DNA from: a virus | DNA: 64,000 nucleotides | Reading direction: 5' to 3' (one strand) | Virus record (IMG/VR): IMGVR_UViG_3300047368_000327 | Span: 39,643-103,642 of that record | Shown: piece after piece, positions 57,625-64,000 of the stretch | Layout: every line of letters starts with the position of its first letter | Numbering within the stretch: the stretch's first letter is position 1 | Notes under the pieces: generated by a model | Told to the model about the DNA's origin: nothing | The model's database searches: none | What the model saw: only the letters and a program-made list of their open reading frames with translations | Position numbers and translations under genes: made by a program

Positions 57625-59559
57625 ATGGGTGCCTTCGAAGATTATGTAAACGCAAATTTAGGAATAAGAAAACCTCTTATAACTGACTCAGGCCTTCCCT
57701 CTCAAAGCCCGAAGGCTGCAGGTATAATAGGCTCTCAATACGTTGACAGCGACACCTACTTTCTTTACGAGAAGACTGGCGAAGACAACGCGCTTGATTG
57801 GGTAAAAATAGCTGACTTGGGTCAGTCAAGAGGTGGTGAACCTGGAGGAGGAGACGGCTCAGTTCAATTTAATAGCGGTGATTCTTTTGGAGGTTCTGAA
57901 GGTTTAATCTATGACAGAGATTTAGGTTTATTAAGTGGAGAAAGTGGTCGTTTTGATTATCTTCACTCTGATTATTTTACTGGTCAAACAGGGCACTTTT
58001 TAGAAGAAGTGATAGTTGGAAATCCAAACTTACCAAGCTCAGAAGATGTTTTTGTTGTTGAAAATGGAGATATTACAGCTGCCGGTAGTGCCAACTTTTC
58101 TGGTTCACTAAAAGCCCCTACTGGATACTTTAACGAACTAATTGTATCTGGCGACGCTCATATTTCTGGCGACCTTCACGTCAAAGGCACAACTTATGTC
58201 CATGAAATAGTTGACACTACTGTTTCGGGAACAGTGAGTGGTTATACTGGGATCTTTAACACTTCTAGCGGCAAAACCGGATCGTTTACTGAATCTTTAT
58301 TGATTAGCGGCGAGCCAGTCTTAACTGGATTTGAGATTCCAGGAGGTGGAGCCGTTATAGGTGGAGATGTAAACAACATCGACTTCGGAGGAACAGACCC
58401 TAACGATTTTCGTAATATAAATTTTCAACAGGGTGGCGAGAACGTCATGGTTATTGACCAAGACGGTGATGTCAATATACAAAACGACCTTCATGTTTCA
58501 GGAAATATTAGCGGCGATATTATTAGCGGAAAGACTGGTGTATTCACTGAAACTTTATTGTCGGAGAATACTTCAGGCAACAATGCCTCATTTACGACCT
58601 CTTTACTTATTAGCGGAAAGCCAGTCTCAACAGGTGCAGGGGGCACAGTAGGAGGCCTTCCTGTTGTTGGTGGAGACCAAGACAACATTGACTTCGGGGG
58701 AACTGAGTCAGGAGATTATCGCCCAATTAATTTCCAGCAGGGCGGAGAGAACGTAATGGTTATCGACCAAGGCGGCGATGTCAATATACAAAACGACCTT
58801 CATGTTTCAGGAAATATTAGCGGCTCAACCGGTTACTTCAATGAGTTAAATGTTAATGGAGTAAACATAGAAGACGGCCTTTCTTCACTGTCTGGAGATA
58901 TTGAAACTCTTAGCGGCGAAGCCTTAGCGAGTTTTTCTGCCCTTTCTGACGATCTCGACGCGACTGGACAAAGTTTATTAAATAGCCGAAGAGATTATCC
59001 GGTATTGACTGGAGTAGAATTCGATCAATCAACTAACATATTATCCTTTTTCAGGGATTTTGGCGCAACAAATATAGATATCGACTTGTCTTCTTTAGCT
59101 GGAGGAGGATTAACCTATCAATCCACTTTATGGTGGGAAGAAAACAACCAAAACCTAACGTTATTAAATGAAGAAACGAACACATCCTTTCCCGCTACCC
59201 AATTATTTGAAGAATCTGGGGTAAATGCTTATGCGCCAAGAGAAGAAACCTTGAGTTCCAATAATGAAGCTGCTCAATACTTTGAAGAAACCGGCGTAGA
59301 TGTAACAATAAGAGAGTCTTCTTATCTGCCTCCAATTAATAATTCAGCAGTATCCACCCAATGGTTTGAGGATGTCGGCTCAGAACAATTAGCTGTACGG
59401 GACACTTTTCTTAATACAAGTAATCCAGCGATTCAATTATGGGAATCAACCGGGTCTAATCAATATACTCCCAGGTCAGAGCCCTACAGTTCAAATAATG
59501 AGTCTGCTCAATATTTTGAAGAAACAGGAGACGGACGACTAACTACAACTATAAATTAA
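57625..59559 (+). CDS. Repetitive virion/fibre protein, paralogous to 53348
   Basis: Shares a duplicated module; GSVQFN.G.SFGG motif; C-terminal repeated Q(W/Y/L)FEE.G units. Confidence 0.7.
   Translation: MGAFEDYVNANLGIRKPLITDSGLPSQSPKAAGIIGSQYVDSDTYFLYEKTGEDNALDWVKIADLGQSRGGEPGGGDGSVQFNSGDSFGGSEGLIYDRDLGLLSGESGRFDYLHSDYFTGQTGHFLEEVIVGNPNLPSSEDVFVVENGDITAAGSANFSGSLKAPTGYFNELIVSGDAHISGDLHVKGTTYVHEIVDTTVSGTVSGYTGIFNTSSGKTGSFTESLLISGEPVLTGFEIPGGGAVIGGDVNNIDFGGTDPNDFRNINFQQGGENVMVIDQDGDVNIQNDLHVSGNISGDIISGKTGVFTETLLSENTSGNNASFTTSLLISGKPVSTGAGGTVGGLPVVGGDQDNIDFGGTESGDYRPINFQQGGENVMVIDQGGDVNIQNDLHVSGNISGSTGYFNELNVNGVNIEDGLSSLSGDIETLSGEALASFSALSDDLDATGQSLLNSRRDYPVLTGVEFDQSTNILSFFRDFGATNIDIDLSSLAGGGLTYQSTLWWEENNQNLTLLNEETNTSFPATQLFEESGVNAYAPREETLSSNNEAAQYFEETGVDVTIRESSYLPPINNSAVSTQWFEDVGSEQLAVRDTFLNTSNPAIQLWESTGSNQYTPRSEPYSSNNESAQYFEETGDGRLTTTIN
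58183..58707 (+). repeat. ~525-bp near-identical duplication, copy 2
   Basis: Matches 53861-54385. Confidence 0.9.
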
Positions 59560-59623
59560 TATAGAAACAATGTCTTGATGCGTGTAATATATAAAAAATA
59601 ACCTTTTAAATAAAAAAAATACT

Positions 59624-61660
59624 ATGGCTACTAAAAATTTAATACCAAGAGGAAGCGGAGAAGGAGGAATAGGAATTACTGATACAGTATGGGGCTATGG
59701 CTACTACGACACCGGAAATTTCAACAAAGGCTTGTTTGTAAGCGGCAAGAACATTGACGAGGTAATTGCAGATGCGGTTGCAGGTGGCGGACTTGGAGGA
59801 GTTTGGAATGCTGGTGCTGGCGGAATTATTTATTATAACGGCGGCAATGTAGGTATTGGTACTACGAGTCCTGATGGTACATTAGAATTAAATAGCAGCA
59901 GTACTGATACTAACTTTTATATGGGCGGTACTCCAAGTGTTGGCACAAGAGAGCCTTGGAGGTTTCAAGCTGAAGGAGATAATTTATCTATAGGTCAAGT
60001 TAAAAGTAGTTTTGCTAAATATATGACCTTTTCCGGCAGTAAAGTAGGTATTGGCACTACGGACCCTCAAGACGCATTGCATATTAAAGGAGACGATAAA
60101 AGAATGTTCATCGGAAGTGATGATTATAATTTATTTTCCTTAGGAAGACGAAGTTCTACGCAGCTTGATACAGCATACCTGACAATGCAACACGAAGGAA
60201 CTCAAACTGTGGCTATAGACGCATCAGGCTCCACCTTTTTCAACGGCGGCAGCGTAGGTATTGGTACTGCGAATCCTGGTGCAACTCTCCAGGTTAAAGC
60301 AAGTGATGATTCTGCGAATGCATTGGCTTTCTGGGTAGTAAATAAGGCTCACAATAATTCAATTATTTCTGCATATGAAAATGGTGATGTGTCACTTGGT
60401 ACATTGACCTACAAAGATGCATCAGGCAATGTAGGTATTGGTACTGCGAGTCCTGTTTTTGCAAAATTGCAAATTGAAGGTAGCAGTAATGCTACCCGAG
60501 TAGGCTTATTAATAGGTGACGCAGTAGGTCGTGCATCTTCGATTCACCAGGAAGGGAATTTTTTGAAAATTGACGATTTTACCGGCAACAGTGCGAGCCT
60601 GATGGCTATTAATACACTTAACGGCAATGTAGGTATTGGTACTGCGAGCCCTGAATGCCCGCTAATGATAAAGGCTGACCCCTCTGGCGATAGCATGTTT
60701 AAAATGTTGGACGAAAGAGCTTATGTTGCAAATGAACCTCGAGCAGGAATTAGCTTTCAGGGTCTTGATTCTGGCGGCAATAGAAGCGCCTTTGCTGGCA
60801 TTGAAGGTTATGGTGCTGGCTCAGGGAAAGGAGGGTTAAGATTTTTATCACGCCCAGTAGCTAGTAGTACTGCCGTCGGAATGGTTTTAAATGAAGATGG
60901 CAATGTAGGTATTGGTACTACGAGTCCTGTTTCTCAATTATCAATTTTAAGAGAGAATTCTGGCGTGGATAGTGGATCGCAAGACACAGCTTTTGCATCT
61001 ATTGAGGTTTTGACTAAAAATACAAGTGCAAGTGTAAACTCAAAAACAGGCTGGCTTACTCAAATTGGATGTTACTCTTTGATGAATGCAAATGGCAACA
61101 TGCCAAGCAAAAACGCCGTGATTGCGGTTTACAAGCACGACGCTAGTGCCAATGAAACTGCATTAATCCGACTAAGTCGATCAGCCGATAGCGCCGAACA
61201 GTATTTTTGGGTTGATAATATTGGAAACCTCAGAACTTCAGAGTCATCTAATAATGCAGGAAGCTCCACTGGCGGCACTGTTGTTGGTACTCAGACTTCG
61301 GACGAGAGAATCAAAAACATTGAAGATTCTTTTGAATACGGTCTTAATGATGTATTAAAGTTGAAACCAATAGCTTTTACCCTTAAGGAGCAAAAAGATG
61401 GCTCGCGTAAACTTGGTTTCGGCGCTCAAAGCACTCGGCCAATTATCCCTGAGTCTGTTTTTGATTCTAACGAATGTATTGATGGTTATGATTCGGACCC
61501 TGAAGACGATTCGGGCGCACGGCAAATTGCAAAAAGCGATCAAACCAAATTAGGCATGGAATACACTCAACTTATTCCTGTCCTCACCAAAGCCATCCAA
61601 GAACAACAAGCGCTAATAGAAGACCTCAAGTCTCGAATTGAAACTTTAGAAAACAAATAA
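59624..61660 (+). CDS. Tail fibre with GNVGIGT repeats and a C-terminal S74 intramolecular chaperone
   Basis: Six VGIGT..P repeats; SDERIK cleavage motif; GF.AQ; LIPVLTKAIQE coiled coil. Confidence 0.88.
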   Translation: MATKNLIPRGSGEGGIGITDTVWGYGYYDTGNFNKGLFVSGKNIDEVIADAVAGGGLGGVWNAGAGGIIYYNGGNVGIGTTSPDGTLELNSSSTDTNFYMGGTPSVGTREPWRFQAEGDNLSIGQVKSSFAKYMTFSGSKVGIGTTDPQDALHIKGDDKRMFIGSDDYNLFSLGRRSSTQLDTAYLTMQHEGTQTVAIDASGSTFFNGGSVGIGTANPGATLQVKASDDSANALAFWVVNKAHNNSIISAYENGDVSLGTLTYKDASGNVGIGTASPVFAKLQIEGSSNATRVGLLIGDAVGRASSIHQEGNFLKIDDFTGNSASLMAINTLNGNVGIGTASPECPLMIKADPSGDSMFKMLDERAYVANEPRAGISFQGLDSGGNRSAFAGIEGYGAGSGKGGLRFLSRPVASSTAVGMVLNEDGNVGIGTTSPVSQLSILRENSGVDSGSQDTAFASIEVLTKNTSASVNSKTGWLTQIGCYSLMNANGNMPSKNAVIAVYKHDASANETALIRLSRSADSAEQYFWVDNIGNLRTSESSNNAGSSTGGTVVGTQTSDERIKNIEDSFEYGLNDVLKLKPIAFTLKEQKDGSRKLGFGAQSTRPIIPESVFDSNECIDGYDSDPEDDSGARQIAKSDQTKLGMEYTQLIPVLTKAIQEQQALIEDLKSRIETLENK

Positions 61661-62657
61661 GAAAGAAAAAATCATGCCAACAAAAACATTAGTACCAAGA
61701 GCAAGCGGTGAAGGAGGACTAGGGGCTACAGACAATGCCTGGGGTCTAGCTTATTACGACACCGGAAATTTCAACAAAGGCTTGTTTGTAAGCGGCAAGA
61801 ACATTGACGAGGTAATTGCAGATGCGGTTACAGGTGGCGGACTTGGAGGAGTTTGGAATGCTGGTGCTGGCGGAATTATTTATTATAACGGCGGCAACGT
61901 AGGTATTGGTACTACGAATCCTTTGAGTAATTTTGTTGTAAGGGGTGGTACAGATAATACTGCTTCTTCTTGCGAAATTAATTCCGGAAATAATAGTGTG
62001 CTAATTAACGCATTACAAAGGGGTAATAATAACTCACCTTCACCTTTAAAATTTTCAGCGGAGCGACACATCTTCTTAGGTAGTACAGGCGGGACAGGTG
62101 GAGACGGCAACGTAGGTATTGGCACTACGAATCCCGAGAGCGTGCTGGAGGTTCGAGGGAAACAAGCATACGCTAATTCAGCAAGTGATTTAGCCACGTC
62201 TGTTACAAAAAGTGCTTTGCGAGTTCGCGGAAGTAATGACTCGAGTGACTCTCTCTGGGTGGGGGTTGAGAATGTATACGCGAATCCATATATACAAGGC
62301 TCAAATGGAGACGGTGGTAATGCAAAAAATATTTCAATTAATCCGTTTGGCGGCAACGTAGGTATTGGTACTACGAATCCTGGTGCTAAATTAGATATAT
62401 CAAGTTCATCTACAAATATTGATATTTTAAGCACTGATGGTGATTTTGTAAATATTAGAAACCAAAATTCTACAACCAACAACTTCTCTTCAATAGGGTT
62501 TTTTGATAGTAGTAATGAATTAACGAGTAGGATTGCTTCTATTAGAGGAACTTCCAACGGGCGTGGTTCTCTAGCGTTTATAAACGGACAAACATCGGAT
62601 GGTTTAAAGGTAGAAATGATGCGTATCACCTCCGACGGCAACGTAGGTATTGGTACT
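59849..62657 (+). repeat. Dispersed 15-bp repeat GTAGGTATTGG(T/C)ACT, ten copies
   Basis: Copies at 59849, 60044, 60254, 60431, 60629, 60905, 61899, 62112, 62358 and 62643, all in frame as VGIGT. Confidence 0.92.
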
Positions 62658-63587
62658 ACGAATCCTATTTTTGGGCTTGATGTAGTAGATACTTCAACCA
62701 TGGTTTTAGGAGGTAGTGATGACGGTCTCGGGAGAACTAATGACTTTGTTAAGTCATCTAGGGTGGGTGGCATCGCTTACGCGAATGCAGATCTCCCAGT
62801 AAATATGATGATGCACGTATCCACTGCTACCGAGAGTCGATTAAATTTTGGATACGGCACTGCTTCTATGAATTTTCCTACCAAAATCATCTTTGGTACA
62901 GCGGCAAGCGTTAACGCTATTTCAAATAATTCGGCTAATATAAGAATGGTTATCGAGGGCAACGGCAACGTCCTTATTGGTGCTACAAGTGCAAGTGCTA
63001 AAACACATATAAAAAATAGTAATGCTTCATTTGGAATTTTAGTAGAAAATAGTAATATTGCATACGGCACTGCTGTTATAGCCCATACTGCAACTTCAGG
63101 CACTCGTTACTTAGTTGATTTTCGTGCTAGTGGTATTGGTGATACTTTCCAAGTAGGAACTATAACAACTGATGGCACTAACACATCATACAATACCAGC
63201 TCAGACTACAGATTAAAAGAAAATGTTGTCGAAGTTGATGATGCAATAGAAAGAGTTAATAAGCTTAAACCTTGTAGGTTTAATTTTATATCAGATCCAG
63301 AAAAAATTGTTGATGGATTCTTGGCTCATGAAGTTCAAGAAGTTGTACCAGAAGCTATTTGCGGAGAAAAGGATGCTGTTGAAGAAAAAGAGTACGAAAT
63401 TACACCAGCGGTATTAGATGATGATGGTAATGTTGTTACTGAAGCCGAAATGGGAACAAGAGAAGTGCCTAAATATCAAGGTATAGACCAAAGTAAACTT
63501 GTACCTCTTTTGACCAAAGCAATTCAAGAACAACAAGCACTAATAGAAGATCTAAGAAGCGAAGTCGAAGCTTTAAAGAACAAATAA
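61674..63587 (+). CDS. Tail fibre with GNVGIGT repeats and a C-terminal S74 intramolecular chaperone (paralog)
   Basis: N-terminus nearly identical to 59624; four VGIGTTNP repeats; SDYRLK; GFLAHEVQ; LVPLLTKAIQE. Confidence 0.88.
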   Translation: MPTKTLVPRASGEGGLGATDNAWGLAYYDTGNFNKGLFVSGKNIDEVIADAVTGGGLGGVWNAGAGGIIYYNGGNVGIGTTNPLSNFVVRGGTDNTASSCEINSGNNSVLINALQRGNNNSPSPLKFSAERHIFLGSTGGTGGDGNVGIGTTNPESVLEVRGKQAYANSASDLATSVTKSALRVRGSNDSSDSLWVGVENVYANPYIQGSNGDGGNAKNISINPFGGNVGIGTTNPGAKLDISSSSTNIDILSTDGDFVNIRNQNSTTNNFSSIGFFDSSNELTSRIASIRGTSNGRGSLAFINGQTSDGLKVEMMRITSDGNVGIGTTNPIFGLDVVDTSTMVLGGSDDGLGRTNDFVKSSRVGGIAYANADLPVNMMMHVSTATESRLNFGYGTASMNFPTKIIFGTAASVNAISNNSANIRMVIEGNGNVLIGATSASAKTHIKNSNASFGILVENSNIAYGTAVIAHTATSGTRYLVDFRASGIGDTFQVGTITTDGTNTSYNTSSDYRLKENVVEVDDAIERVNKLKPCRFNFISDPEKIVDGFLAHEVQEVVPEAICGEKDAVEEKEYEITPAVLDDDGNVVTEAEMGTREVPKYQGIDQSKLVPLLTKAIQEQQALIEDLRSEVEALKNK

Positions 63588-63588
63588 A

Positions 63589-64000
63589 TTGAAAAAAATA
63601 AGAAAAGTCCAAGCCGATTTACCCTCTTCGGCTTCGGAAGGTTCTATGTTTTACAGTAGGGGCTCTCGAAAAGTTCGCATATTTAAGGGCGGAAGCTACA
63701 CAGATTATTCTGCGTGGGAATTTATTCTTGATGATTCAATCGACGTTGACGGAGATGGAATTTTTGATTACGAAGACTCTGATTTAACTGATGGGCCACT
63801 AGGAGATTCTGACGGCGACGGAGTAATTAACAGCCAAGATAATCATCCCGACGATCCAAGTCAATCAGGGGTTGATGCAGATAACGATGGCGTTGATGAT
63901 GCAATTGACACTGATCCAACCGATCCATTAAGTTCTGGACAGGATGCAGATAACGATGGCGTTGATGATGCAATTGACACTGATCCAACCGATCCATTAA
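63589..64000 (+). CDS. Thrombospondin type-3-like Ca-binding repeat protein (partial, runs off the window end)
   Basis: Open frame from TTG 63589 (or ATG 63646): DVDGDG, DSDGDG, DADNDGVDDAIDTDPTDP; exact repeat with a 69-bp period at 63874/63943. Confidence 0.75.
   Translation, partial: MKKIRKVQADLPSSASEGSMFYSRGSRKVRIFKGGSYTDYSAWEFILDDSIDVDGDGIFDYEDSDLTDGPLGDSDGDGVINSQDNHPDDPSQSGVDADNDGVDDAIDTDPTDPLSSGQDADNDGVDDAIDTDPTDPL

Larger units (their letters stand above)
6325..59586 (+). promoter_or_regulatory. Dispersed GTGTA+AT-rich motif: putative phage-specific promoter class
   Basis: GTGTA at 6325, 8183, 11088, 14049, 14872, 24435, 37578, 38223, 41139, 45106, 50879 and 53331 lies 14-17 nt before a start codon; the copy at 59582 is 42 nt before one. 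Confidence 0.7.

Noticed and set aside
53861-58707. Duplicated segment as a diversity-generating retroelement TR/VR pair
   Set aside because: Both copies are internal coding sequence, the mismatches are few and not adenine-specific (G/A, T/C, T/C), and there is no reverse transcriptase in the window.
59849-62657. Repeat-spacer pattern as a CRISPR array
   Set aside because: The repeats are in-frame coding (VGIGT), the intervening segments are about 160-270 bp with periods in multiples of 3, and there is no cas operon.
61883-63103. Long minus-strand ORFs (296 aa and 108 aa)
   Set aside because: Antisense shadows of the repetitive tail-fibre gene (VVPIPTLP is the reverse of the GNVGIGTT codons).
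1-64000. tRNA, rRNA or structured ncRNA genes and strong intrinsic terminators
   Set aside because: Intergenic gaps are short and AT-rich; no cloverleaf or convincing GC hairpin plus U-tract was recognised by eye.

Overview
This AT-rich, gene-dense window is almost entirely on the + strand and is most consistent with part of a large (jumbo-type) tailed bacteriophage genome. It carries bacterial-type replication genes, sigma70-like promoters and S74-chaperoned tail fibres, but no ribosomal or housekeeping operons. Layout: (1) 1-400: the N-terminus of a divergently transcribed, probable phage sigma factor and four 13-bp direct repeats (candidate origin or operator array). (2) 0.4-8.1 kb and 15-37.6 kb: a glycan-synthesis island of about 37 genes. 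It includes GDP-fucose (gmd/fcl), GDP-mannose 3,5-epimerase, a UDP-Glc dehydrogenase, roughly 20 glycosyltransferases from many families (several best known from eukaryotes), 6-7 sulfotransferases, methyltransferases and a pyruvyltransferase-like gene. (3) 8.2-15 kb: a ribonucleotide reductase whose small subunit has class Ic (Mn/Fe, Tyr-less) signatures, plus a Nudix hydrolase, a membrane-anchored papain-like protease and a J-domain protein. (4) 39-53 kb: RecA, DnaB, DnaG, nucleases, a three-part DnaE (PHP / DEDDh exonuclease / catalytic core) and a ClpC-like ATPase. (5) 53-64 kb: Ser-Gly-rich virion proteins and two modular tail fibres whose modules are separated by a repeat conserved at DNA level. 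Two promoter classes are visible: sigma70-like, and a GTGTA+AT-rich motif 14-17 nt before start codons. All family calls come from motif recognition by eye; no database searches were run.
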